Source: a virus
Lineage: Duplodnaviria > Caudoviricetes
Reading direction: 5' to 3' (one strand)
Length of the DNA: 64,000 bases
Virus record (IMG/VR): IMGVR_UViG_3300032303_000488
Location: 1-64,000 of that record
Of the stretch, positions 46,601-55,573 are shown one piece after another. The notes under the pieces are model-generated. The model ran no database searches. It was not told the origin of the DNA and worked only from the letters and a program-made list of their open reading frames with translations. The number at the start of each line of letters is the position of its first letter. Positions within the stretch are counted from its first letter, which is position 1. Made by a program: the position numbers and the translations under genes.

Positions 46601-49600
46601 ATTAATCCTTGAAGCCAACCCATAGGGTCCAAGAATGGGTTAGGTGCACCTGTATCTCTTTTTACCATTCCTCCAGGAGCATATCCGACCATGCCACCAT
46701 TGGCAAAAAGTTTAGTCATGTTTCCAAGTAGACCACCCATTCCATTTCCACCATACATGTGATTTTCTATTAGAGAAATTGGTGCTCCCCCTCCAGTATA
46801 TAGTGGTTTCTTTTTCTTAGGGAATATTCTAGGAATACCAGATTTAGGTGGGAATGGCTCTTTACTTCCTGGAATCCAAATTCTAGAATTTCTGTATAGT
46901 CTACGTTCCTTACCAGTTTCTGGGTCAATGTTTGACTTAAGAATTCTTGACCACCAAGAACCAACTTCCATTCCGCCAGGAAGTGTGCTTTCTGCTGTAG
47001 ACCAATAACTTTCTCCGTGACTTACAACCCACCTACCCTTTTCATCCCATTGTGGTGCAGGGCGTGGACCAATATATCCACCATCTGCATAGCCATTGTA
47101 GCCACCATTTTTAAAGTGACGAACCATACCTCCATCTGCATATTTTGGAGTATTTGGAGATAATGTTGGATGTAAATTTACAACATTAGGATTAGTATAA
47201 TATGAATTCCAGGCTTTTTCCTGAGCCTTATCAGTAAACATTGATTTCTTTGTAAGTAAATTTGTATTTAGTCCAAGTGTTTTAAATCCTTCTGCTACTT
47301 TGTCTGGTCCCCAAAGTCTAGACATAGCACTTGCTAAGATTTTTGCTTCTGCTTTATCTAATCCATTATAATTTCCATACATCTTATTAGCAATAAGATT
47401 ATTTCTTGCAGACAAATCTTTTCTACCAGGAATAAATCCAGTCCAATAATTATCTTGTGCAATTTTATCAATATATGGGACACCTAATCTTCTAGATTCA
47501 ATCAAGGCTTTGTAATATTTTATTGTTCCAGCAACCGAAGTAAAAGACGCACTTTCATTTGTTCCATCTTTAAAGTCAACCAATGACCTTTGTCCCTTAA
47601 CGTGGCTAGGTCCTCTTCCATTATACCAACCCTTGTTTGCGTCACCAAGATTATATCCAAACAATGATTTTTCAAAGAAATTGTGTGAGTAATTATACCA
47701 TCTTGGGTCATCTGCTCTGGTTATTGGTTTTGCTAAATCATCTAACGTATATGGCTTGGGCTTAGGCTTCTTTTTAAACTTATCCACCATACCGCCAGCG
47801 GCAAACCCTAGCCTATCTGCTTGGTTTAATTTATCGAGGGTATTTACACCAATAGTCTTTACAGCATTTGCTCTAATAACATATTCTCCATTAGAAAGCA
47901 TTGCTGGAATACTGTCGCTTGTTCCGCTACCTGGACCTGTAATGTGACCGCCAATTGCTGCTTTAGGAACTAGTTTTCCATCTACAACATCATAGCCTGG
48001 AAGATATTTCAGTTGTGCTTTTTGTTTATTTGCTATAAATTGTAAAGGATTGTTCCAAAATTCTGAATTAAAAATATCACCTATACCACCCAATTGTTGC
48101 ATAGTAATATTAAATCCAGCATCCAGATAACCATTAAAATCTTTTTTATTTAATCCTTTTTCAACAACTGGTGCTGTTCCTGCTTGAACTGGTGTATTAG
48201 TTGTAAGTTGAGATGTTAGGTCAGCAATGCTTGCAGATAAATCATTAACAGAATTTGACAATCCTGCTTGACTATCTTGTAATGGTTTTATTTCTGCTTT
48301 TCTAGCATCGTCTAAACCTGTTTTTTGATTATCCAAAGAAGCCTGAATATCATTGTTTTGAATGTTTATTGCTGCCGTAGCCGCAGCAGCAATATCTCCT
48401 CTATTTAATGCTTCTGCAAGCGTTAGTTGTCCTTGTTGAGATTTTGCAATTTGTTCATTTAATGTTTTTAATTTTTCAATTTGAGAAATACGTTTATCAT
48501 ATCTATCATTAATTTTACCTTCAAGTGCTTGAATATCTTCTGTTTGGTTTTGAATTCCTGTAAGTTGTTTCTTTTTTTCATTTATTTTACTATTAATTAT
48601 GTCTTGTTTTTTAATTGCATTGTTAATATTTTTTTCTTGTTGTATTCTTTGCTTATCTCCACCGAATTCTAGGGTATTTAGAATATCCTGAGTTAATGTA
48701 ACGCCTTTAAGCATTGCTTCTCCAACCAGTTCTTGTTCTGCCAAAGTTAAGTTTTTTATGGCTTCTGCAGCCTTTGCTGCTTCTGGACCTAAACTTGCAA
48801 GAGCAGCGTTAAAAAATTCTATTCCTGTTGCATTTGGCATTTTATTTGTAATAGCAATTAATTGTTCATACTCGATATTAAATGTTTTTGTACTAATTGT
48901 TCCAGTTTGCAATTGTCCAGACAATCCACTAAGGTATGAACCAAAAGTTGCTGCATTTGCTTTTAGTTGTTCTAGATTCTGTTGGTCACGGAATACTGGT
49001 GTGTCTAAGAATCCCTCTCCCTTGCCAGTTATCTGGTCAGCAATAGTACTTCCATTATTTGACCAGTAACCTCCAAATTCTTTTGTAAAGTTTTTTGCTG
49101 CTTGCTGTGCATTTTGCTTTAATGCTGCCTGACCCTTTGGGTCATTTAGAGAGAATATGTTTTCTGAAATGCTTATCTTTTCTTTTCCTGCTTCATTCTT
49201 AATGGCATCAATAATTGCTTTAACCTGTTCTTTTTCCATACCCTGACCATATAGGTCAACGGCAAGAGCCTTCAAAGCATTTGTAACTTCAACATCAGAT
49301 AGGCTCTTTAGTTTTTCAGCCTGTGGTTTATACACTTCTTTAAACTGGTCACTGGCTTGGAATTGTTTTGCAATAGATGCTTGTGCTTGTGTCTGGTCGC
49401 TACCAGTTATTTGCATTGCACGAACACCAGTAAGTTTAATATCTGTTCCAAAGAAATCATTTATTTTTGTCAATTTATCTTGAGTAATTTTTAAAGTTTC
49501 TGTAACTGCTGAATATGCATCTGCATTTTTCTTAATAAGTGGAAGAATAATTTTATCGAATGCTTCGTATGCTGTAATTGCTAAACCTACATATGGAATC

Positions 49601-52600
49601 AATTTACCAAATAAAGGAATAAGTCTTCCAACAACAGGACCAAGATTTTTAAACATTCCAAGAACACCAGTAACCATAGATGCCATACCAGCAATTTGTC
49701 CTGCTTCTCCTGGAAGAACCATGGAAGCCATACCAAGACCCATAGATGTTCCAAACATTCTTCCTTGAAATTTTCCTGGGTCCATCTTTGAAACATTTAC
49801 TCCAGCACTAGTAAAGAAATTGTTATATTTAGTTGACATTTTACCAAGACGTGATTTTTGGAATTTTGTTGCTGGGTTGGGACCATACATTGTTCCAGTC
49901 ATAGGTGTTTCAGTTTTTGGATAATATGACTGAGTTACAGGGTCATAACCCATATCTGCAATTACTCTTCTATTTGTGTTATTTGGAATAAGTATATTCT
50001 GTGACTGTGAACCTGCTGGGGTAATAAAAGCACCCTCACTTATTACACGTCTTGCTCCTGTTGCTACTGCACGACCAACTTGTTCTCCAGCATTTTCTGC
50101 CTGAGAAACACTAGCATCAATTCCCTTGATAGCACCCTTACCAATATTTTGTCCAGACTCTTCTGCAATTTTTGATGGAGATGCTTGCTTAGTAGCATCT
50201 TTTACTCCCTGAACAATTGACTCTTCAGTTTGTGTTTTTATTTGAACACCAACTGATTTTAATGCTGTTTTTGCAGAATTTGAAAGATTTGGATTTGCGG
50301 CAAGTGCTTCCATGCTTTGATATTTAGGTTCATTAAAATGTCCTAATTGGAAGTCTTTTCCAGATTGTCCAGTCATTCTTTCATATAGTGTTTTTGCACC
50401 TCCACCTAAAGATAAGTATCCACGAACACCAGTGCTACCCAAAGAGTATATTGATTTTCTTGCTCTTTCTAAGAACTTTCCTCCTGCACGTCTTGGCATA
50501 GTTGGCATGCTTCCATAAAAATCTTCTGATAATCCTAAAGTTCTTGATAATGCAAGTTTTTCTGCATCTGTTGTAGCCAATTGTAATGCTTCTTTTTCTA
50601 CAAATTTTGCAGCAGATATTCTAGCAAGACGCATTCTTTCTTCTGTATTTTGAATATTTGCAAATGTTGTTTCAAATTCTGAATTTATTTTATTTGTAAA
50701 TACTTTAAAAATATTTTCATATTTAGCATAGATTGGGTCAAATAACCCCTTAGCAACTGATGCTTGACTTGGTTTAATTCCCATTGACTCACCTATACGG
50801 AGTGCACCAAAACTTAATATTTGTGCAGGGTCTCTAATTAGACTTGCATTTTTAGACATGTTTTCTCTTGCATCTTGAAGTCTTAGTCCATATTCTGCAT
50901 ATGTTGGAACCTCTCCTGGCTTACCCTGTCTGAATCCAGGAATATTTCCAGATACTAATTGATTTATAAAATGTGGATTTCTTGCTACTACCGAAGCAGG
51001 AATAATGGCTTCACCATTAGATACCTTGGCTAAAATAGAATCACTAGTACCTGTTCCAGGACCAGAAATAATACCACCAGTGGCATATTTTCTAATAGGT
51101 CCTCTAGGTGTGATTGGAACATTAAAACCTCTCTGTGCGGCTACAGAACGCTCATAGGCTGCTGTTAGCATGTCTACTGCTGCCGCTTCGGATGTAAATG
51201 TTTGCTTTAGTTTAGAGTGAACTTGGTCAAGAGATGATGCGATAGCAGCAGCATTAATTTGTTCCTGAGTCATATAGTTTACTTGTTCACCAAGACTTAG
51301 AGATGATTTACCAGTTTTATTAAAGATATCTTTAACAAGGGCAAAACCCTTAATTACGTTTGCCACAGCATTAGCAATAAGACCAAATGACATAAGTAGA
51401 ACTGGACCAACAATACCAGCAACAGCAACAAACTTAACTATAAATCCTTTAACTCCTTCGCCAAGACCATTAAAGTTTTTTAATACTTCTGAACCAAAAT
51501 TAATTAATGGCGTGATAGCCTTCATAAATTGTTCACCAACAGGTGCTAATTGTGCTTGAAAATCAGCAATAGCCTTTTGAAACTTATATAGCGGTGATTC
51601 TGAAATTTTGTTTAATTCTTTTTGTGATAGCATGGCTAGTTCAAGGCTACTTTGTCCTGCTAACCTTAATACCTCGGATGCTTGGCTACCTTGAGCAATA
51701 ACGTTTTTAAACAATGTGGACATACGAGCAAATTGAAATTTACCAAATAGTTGTTCAATTGCTCTTGCTCTATTTAATGGGTCTAGAGTATCTAATGCTT
51801 GAGCAAAATCTACTACTGTTTTCTTTAGGTCACCTTTATCTTTTTCAACAATTCCCTTGATGTTAATACCAAATCCAGAAAGCATTTTGCTTGCAGTATT
51901 AGTAGGATTAATTAAAGATGCTAAACCAGATTTCAGTGCGTTGGCACCTTCTGACGCATTAATACCACCTTCTTTCATTGCTGTTAGGAAGAAAGCAAGG
52001 TCTTTGACATCTCCACCTAGTTGTTGAATAACAGGAGCAGCCTTTGGAATGGCTGTTGTCATATCATCAATATTAAGAACTGTTTGGTTTTCAACAGCGT
52101 TCAGGAAGTTAATGTTTTTTGCAAGGTCTTTACTAGAGATATTGAAAGCATTAGTTAAAGATATAGTTGTTTGCAAAGCCTTCTGTTGGTCTACCCCACC
52201 AAGAACTGAAAGTTTTGTAGCACTGTTTACTTGAGCAAGTAGGTCTGCACCTTTTTTACCAGTTGCGGCTGCTGATGCAGCCATATCCATACTATCTTTT
52301 ACTGCTACACCATACTTAGTGTATTCTAAAGCAAGTTGCTTTATTTGCTCAACCATCTTATTTGTTTCAGCAGTGGTTGTTCCTAAATCTCCATATACAC
52401 GCTTAAGTTTAATAGAGGCTTCTTCAATTTGCTGATAGGCTTTCATTGCAGCCCCACCCATAATTGAAAGTGGGATAGTGAAACCAACCATCAACTGGCG
52501 ACCAGCCCATTGGGTATTCTTACCAAAGTTCAATAGGTTTGTTGAACCTTGTTTTAAAAGTTGATTTAATAACTGTTGACGTTGTGCGGCTATCTGTGTT

Positions 52601-53073
52601 TTTGTTCCAAGATTTTGCATATCAAGTGCAAGTGGTCTAACCTTGATTGCTTGCATTGCACCATTAGCATCACGACCAAGTTTAATATATTGTGATTGTA
52701 GGTCTTTTACTCTTTCACGAGCAACCTTGTTAATGGTTTCAAATTCAGATTTAAATAATTTACTAAATGTTTTAGATGCTCCACCAGCATATCTAAAATA
52801 CTCACCCATTGTGAGTTTGTTCTTTTCGAGGGAGTGGGTGAATTGTTCGGCAGTAGTTCTAACCTTAACCATACTTGCACTAAATGCACCAGTAGAGTTA
52901 ATTGAGTTTATAAGATTTTGTTGTAAGTTCCTGGAGTCAGCAGCGGACGCTGCCCCCATCTTTGCCATTTGTGTATGGAAGGCTGAGATTTGATTTTGAA
53001 GTAATCTGATACTGTCCATTGCGGAAGCAGTATCAATATTAATTCTAATATTGGATTGGATATCATCAGCCAT
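43621..53073 (-). CDS. Tape measure protein with multiple inserted cargo domains
   Basis: N-terminal TMP core (ASEGANALKSGL), long helical stretches, GPGxGTSDSI and GTDTVPAMLTPGE motifs, repeated (Y/F)AxGG motifs. Confidence 0.9.
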   Translation of the reverse strand: MADDIQSNIRINIDTASAMDSIRLLQNQISAFHTQMAKMGAASAADSRNLQQNLINSINSTGAFSASMVKVRTTAEQFTHSLEKNKLTMGEYFRYAGGASKTFSKLFKSEFETINKVARERVKDLQSQYIKLGRDANGAMQAIKVRPLALDMQNLGTKTQIAAQRQQLLNQLLKQGSTNLLNFGKNTQWAGRQLMVGFTIPLSIMGGAAMKAYQQIEEASIKLKRVYGDLGTTTAETNKMVEQIKQLALEYTKYGVAVKDSMDMAASAAATGKKGADLLAQVNSATKLSVLGGVDQQKALQTTISLTNAFNISSKDLAKNINFLNAVENQTVLNIDDMTTAIPKAAPVIQQLGGDVKDLAFFLTAMKEGGINASEGANALKSGLASLINPTNTASKMLSGFGINIKGIVEKDKGDLKKTVVDFAQALDTLDPLNRARAIEQLFGKFQFARMSTLFKNVIAQGSQASEVLRLAGQSSLELAMLSQKELNKISESPLYKFQKAIADFQAQLAPVGEQFMKAITPLINFGSEVLKNFNGLGEGVKGFIVKFVAVAGIVGPVLLMSFGLIANAVANVIKGFALVKDIFNKTGKSSLSLGEQVNYMTQEQINAAAIASSLDQVHSKLKQTFTSEAAAVDMLTAAYERSVAAQRGFNVPITPRGPIRKYATGGIISGPGTGTSDSILAKVSNGEAIIPASVVARNPHFINQLVSGNIPGFRQGKPGEVPTYAEYGLRLQDARENMSKNASLIRDPAQILSFGALRIGESMGIKPSQASVAKGLFDPIYAKYENIFKVFTNKINSEFETTFANIQNTEERMRLARISAAKFVEKEALQLATTDAEKLALSRTLGLSEDFYGSMPTMPRRAGGKFLERARKSIYSLGSTGVRGYLSLGGGAKTLYERMTGQSGKDFQLGHFNEPKYQSMEALAANPNLSNSAKTALKSVGVQIKTQTEESIVQGVKDATKQASPSKIAEESGQNIGKGAIKGIDASVSQAENAGEQVGRAVATGARRVISEGAFITPAGSQSQNILIPNNTNRRVIADMGYDPVTQSYYPKTETPMTGTMYGPNPATKFQKSRLGKMSTKYNNFFTSAGVNVSKMDPGKFQGRMFGTSMGLGMASMVLPGEAGQIAGMASMVTGVLGMFKNLGPVVGRLIPLFGKLIPYVGLAITAYEAFDKIILPLIKKNADAYSAVTETLKITQDKLTKINDFFGTDIKLTGVRAMQITGSDQTQAQASIAKQFQASDQFKEVYKPQAEKLKSLSDVEVTNALKALAVDLYGQGMEKEQVKAIIDAIKNEAGKEKISISENIFSLNDPKGQAALKQNAQQAAKNFTKEFGGYWSNNGSTIADQITGKGEGFLDTPVFRDQQNLEQLKANAATFGSYLSGLSGQLQTGTISTKTFNIEYEQLIAITNKMPNATGIEFFNAALASLGPEAAKAAEAIKNLTLAEQELVGEAMLKGVTLTQDILNTLEFGGDKQRIQQEKNINNAIKKQDIINSKINEKKKQLTGIQNQTEDIQALEGKINDRYDKRISQIEKLKTLNEQIAKSQQGQLTLAEALNRGDIAAAATAAINIQNNDIQASLDNQKTGLDDARKAEIKPLQDSQAGLSNSVNDLSASIADLTSQLTTNTPVQAGTAPVVEKGLNKKDFNGYLDAGFNITMQQLGGIGDIFNSEFWNNPLQFIANKQKAQLKYLPGYDVVDGKLVPKAAIGGHITGPGSGTSDSIPAMLSNGEYVIRANAVKTIGVNTLDKLNQADRLGFAAGGMVDKFKKKPKPKPYTLDDLAKPITRADDPRWYNYSHNFFEKSLFGYNLGDANKGWYNGRGPSHVKGQRSLVDFKDGTNESASFTSVAGTIKYYKALIESRRLGVPYIDKIAQDNYWTGFIPGRKDLSARNNLIANKMYGNYNGLDKAEAKILASAMSRLWGPDKVAEGFKTLGLNTNLLTKKSMFTDKAQEKAWNSYYTNPNVVNLHPTLSPNTPKYADGGMVRHFKNGGYNGYADGGYIGPRPAPQWDEKGRWVVSHGESYWSTAESTLPGGMEVGSWWSRILKSNIDPETGKERRLYRNSRIWIPGSKEPFPPKSGIPRIFPKKKKPLYTGGGAPISLIENHMYGGNGMGGLLGNMTKLFANGGMVGYAPGGMVKRDTGAPNPFLDPMGWLQGLINGTYAGGGNPSAYLNNTAAKTIKTGAKNTSQFYKDFIFDPTDPIDYAFAAVPGAVKGVGKKAAQAFGFPLVLKTPKKGLKITPTHLLNEAEGATPGAYRIINGEKYYVKRPDTTVETTGEFIGSTIWAKLGLGGPKLQMLNRTTVGSKIIPDLIPSSQGWLRKYINDAPNKVEGANTLAKALRKYIDEALPTNALLGNSDTHGMNILFNKKTKRFENIDLGITSLTAEGQDSVDYLFTKELAQRTSSIVEAMKSSGFNLRQTNDILKKNGLSEISAADFKDAYFFGGFQSSKFTDSLTHKKSLTPQINKIANMLGFDLKKSGLDPINIAAINAKTNPLIQDMIKNNPELAKFMNLTAKTGDMQSGMTGGLRDLFYRLQNASKNPMQKFANGGLVGYKDGGKPKPKPRDPGGLDAYGKWHPSSFFDEPWNNGEWLKIEDPVVRRQRWALAHDDSGLMEFGRTAAYFTPGIGAGMLAGDSATAFGQGDVGGGILNALLAPLGAFGGSLAKFAGKGLGVVGNFLKTGLGIRGGKNALAALGTWADKFYESGVGMVSGTQGIASKVKKLTPTLGFNLSNDALHNMLKDNFYGNMRVPGIRSSTSDSLMNRIAVEQNMMGIPANATSKQTPAYGFLTTKEDMLMTEGSIWNRGKQTPSQQAINNFNQLVNPFSRYVQRYGDNTIKLKPSTLGKATVSMGDSLSIWDQALRLGQRNPGVQKLSSIFSTYPTMHGLLESTQNIMRKEIPGIKTPASFPYIEAHLPGGFTVKDIESIMLNPTDRFGPQAVEKIAADLAERKAALKALLDSLGIKGIGITVNPGKQFIDSVLPSKDSKAPMKNLFGRLFPNRYATGGFVMPNPEPAPTQYANGGMVLNGKFFGGFSRGGMVPSYLAQGGYANGGFAMGTDTVPAMLTPGEFVIKKSAVDRIGSGTLNKINGYADGGLVGGVSAVAGDSVYNSNTYEINVNVSSNSNPDQIANAVMTKIRQIDNGRIRGLNG

Positions 53074-53100
53074 CCATTAACACCTCTTTATTTATTTGTA

Positions 53101-53418
53101 TTAGATGAGACCACCGAGGGCGGAATCTCCTAATTTAATGCCAGATGCTTCTTCCACAATTTTGTAGACAGTCGGTAAGTCTAGAAGGTCTTCTAGTGCC
53201 TTAAGGTCTGTTGCAATTTCTGGCTTATACTGCTTAAGAGCGATTTGTACACACTCCATTAGCAAGTTCATTGACTTGTCATTGTCATCAGCAACTTTTG
53301 AGATTTCATCAAACTTTTTCATAAAATCACGAAGAAGAGAAATCTTTAATGGTCTGATGTCAACAGTTGTTCCATCAATAAGAGTAATTGTCTTCTCTTC
53401 ATTAATAGTTGTTGTCAT
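53101..53418 (-). CDS. Tail assembly chaperone, short form
   Basis: Between major tail and TMP genes; own TGTTATAAT and AAGGAGG; paralogous to the N-half of 53458-54180. Confidence 0.7.
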   Translation of the reverse strand: MTTTINEEKTITLIDGTTVDIRPLKISLLRDFMKKFDEISKVADDNDKSMNLLMECVQIALKQYKPEIATDLKALEDLLDLPTVYKIVEEASGIKLGDSALGGLI

Positions 53419-53457
53419 TTGTCCTCCTTATAAGGTCATAAATAAATTATAACATAA

Positions 53458-54180
53458 TTAAGCAATGTCGTTTACAACTTCGTAACCTAATCCGTGACCA
53501 ATTCCAAATCCTGCTTGCTGGGCTTTGACTCCTTGTAGGGCTGTAATATCATTTGGATTTCCACTACCGATACCGCTTGCTTTTGCGGCTACCCTTGCTT
53601 TCATGGCTTCCCAGGGGTCCTCTTCTTGCTTGCCACTTGCTTCATCTAAATCAATTCCTTTAAGAGATGCGGTAAATTTTTTATCCTGATACTCCATCTC
53701 TCTTTTTTGCTCAAGGATTGACATTAATTCTGCCAAACATATAGAAGATTCTAGTTCATCATAGTTCTTCCAAATACCTAAAAGAAAAGCCTCAGATTCT
53801 AATTTATTTAAATCTAAATCATCCCATCCAGACTTAGAAGATGACTCTTCATTTACTTGTTTTTGTTCTTCTTGAACTTCATCTGATTCTTCGCTATCCA
53901 TCTTAATTCCACCAGCATACTCCACAATTTTGTACATAGTTTTTAAATCAAATGTGTCTTCAAATTTATCTATAGTATCAATTTCTGGATAAAACTGTTT
54001 CATTGACACAGTGGCGGCTTTTGTAAGAATTTCAACAATTTCATGCTCATCTTTTGCATTTTTTACTAAATTGAATTCTTCCATAAATTGTCTCATATAC
54101 TTTATTTTAAGTGGAGATATCTCTATCTGTTTTCCATAGATTGTATAAACATGATTCATATCATATATTTTTGTAGGCAT
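53458..54180 (-). CDS. Tail assembly chaperone, long (G+T-like) form
   Basis: N-half aligns with 53101-53418; acidic linker then extra C-terminal domain. Confidence 0.7.
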   Translation of the reverse strand: MPTKIYDMNHVYTIYGKQIEISPLKIKYMRQFMEEFNLVKNAKDEHEIVEILTKAATVSMKQFYPEIDTIDKFEDTFDLKTMYKIVEYAGGIKMDSEESDEVQEEQKQVNEESSSKSGWDDLDLNKLESEAFLLGIWKNYDELESSICLAELMSILEQKREMEYQDKKFTASLKGIDLDEASGKQEEDPWEAMKARVAAKASGIGSGNPNDITALQGVKAQQAGFGIGHGLGYEVVNDIA

Positions 54181-54200
54181 AGTCTATTATACCAAAAGAA

Positions 54201-54226
54201 ACTGCCCCAGGAATCCCTAGGGCAGT
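54201..54226 (-). terminator. Hairpin terminator after major tail gene
   Basis: ACTGCCC...GGGCAGT followed by TTCTTTT on the minus strand. Confidence 0.65.
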
Positions 54227-54254
54227 CTCATCAGTATTAAGTTGTTATTTAGTT

Positions 54255-54977
54255 TTAGTAACTACGGTCAACAATCTTTCCATACGCACCATTTGAGTCT
54301 GGTAGTAGACGGAATTCAACGTCAAACATAGTTGCAGAATCACGCTTTGCAGAAACTGTTACGTTTTGAACCGAAACAGCCTTGTAAGCAATGTAGATAC
54401 GCTCGTGATTATCTGTTGTTAGTGTTGCACCTTCTGGGGCTGCACCAACAGCAATAATTCCACGCTCTACTGGATATTCTCCTAGGTTACCAGAAACGAT
54501 ATCGATGTATCCGCTGTCATTGTTTGCAACACCAGTAACTGCTCCAGTTGTTGTTGGAGGAGTTGATAGACCAGTGTCTGACCATGTAGGGATTACTGTT
54601 GCATTCCCAGTTGTAGCATACTTCTGAGTAATTGCCATCAATAAGTTTTCTAGAGTTCCTTCTGCTAGAGAAGTTTTCATTGTTACTGTCATTCCAGACT
54701 TGAACAGACGTGCTGTGTCTAGAAGTTGGTCAACCTGAACGTCTCCAAATGTTGGTGTAAATGTTAGGTCTAGACCGTTTCCAGTATATCCAACATTTCT
54801 TACCAAAGAGTCGTAGCGGTTGCTCAAAGTCTGCTTGTAAGATTCTCCAGTAACTGTTTTTGGAAGACTGTTTGTTACTGAATCTCCAATTGCACCTGCT
54901 GTTCTTGAAACGAACAATGCTGCGGCACCAACTACGATATTGCTAGATGTACCTCTTGTATAATTTGCATTTGCCAT
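54255..54977 (-). CDS. Major tail (tube) protein
   Basis: VGYTGNGL.LTF.P...V.VDQL...TSLAE.TLENL tube-protein pattern; position. Confidence 0.85.
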   Translation of the reverse strand: MANANYTRGTSSNIVVGAAALFVSRTAGAIGDSVTNSLPKTVTGESYKQTLSNRYDSLVRNVGYTGNGLDLTFTPTFGDVQVDQLLDTARLFKSGMTVTMKTSLAEGTLENLLMAITQKYATTGNATVIPTWSDTGLSTPPTTTGAVTGVANNDSGYIDIVSGNLGEYPVERGIIAVGAAPEGATLTTDNHERIYIAYKAVSVQNVTVSAKRDSATMFDVEFRLLPDSNGAYGKIVDRSY

Positions 54978-55048
54978 ATTTTTTTCACCTCTTTTTCTTT
55001 TAAAAAATATATGGGCTTGTGTTTCCTCTATATAATTATAACAGCCTT

Positions 55049-55573
55049 TTATGGTTGTTCTAATAAATGATAATCATAGTAAATAATGATTTTATTGCCA
55101 GCATAAGTCCTTGCGGTTCCAAAGTTAACAATATCTCTAGTTTCTTGTAGTTGAAATACCTTGAAATAATGAAACTTAAAATTTGGTTGAAGGATTTCAT
55201 TTTCAACAAATAACTGCCCTTTTTGTAGGCACCATTTATTAATCTCTTCTGCTGTTTCATCTTCACGGTCCATAAGTCTTAGCGTTTGCTCAGTTACTTT
55301 TACCATATTTACTACAGAATTTTCAGCAGTAGCATAAAAATAATAAAGGACTTGTTCACATTTAACATGTGGAAATGGATTTCTTCGCATTCTAATCATG
55401 CGGTCGTATGTTGCCATAACTCCGCTTGTTGGAAAATATTCTGTTAAATCATTTAGAGTAGATGGCACCGAAGGAAAGAATGGCATTGTTTCAAAGCCCA
55501 ATCCTTCTAATTTTTCTTGAAGATAAGCGTTTACCCACAATACTGGGGTATTTAAAATTGATGTTTTAGACAC
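55049..55573 (-). CDS. Tail terminator / completion protein
   Basis: Position upstream of major tail gene. Confidence 0.55.
   Translation of the reverse strand: MSKTSILNTPVLWVNAYLQEKLEGLGFETMPFFPSVPSTLNDLTEYFPTSGVMATYDRMIRMRRNPFPHVKCEQVLYYFYATAENSVVNMVKVTEQTLRLMDREDETAEEINKWCLQKGQLFVENEILQPNFKFHYFKVFQLQETRDIVNFGTARTYAGNKIIIYYDYHLLEQP

Noticed and set aside
53074-54254. Programmed frameshift in the tail chaperone region
   Set aside because: No overlapping downstream frame lacking a start; both ORFs are complete with their own initiation signals.
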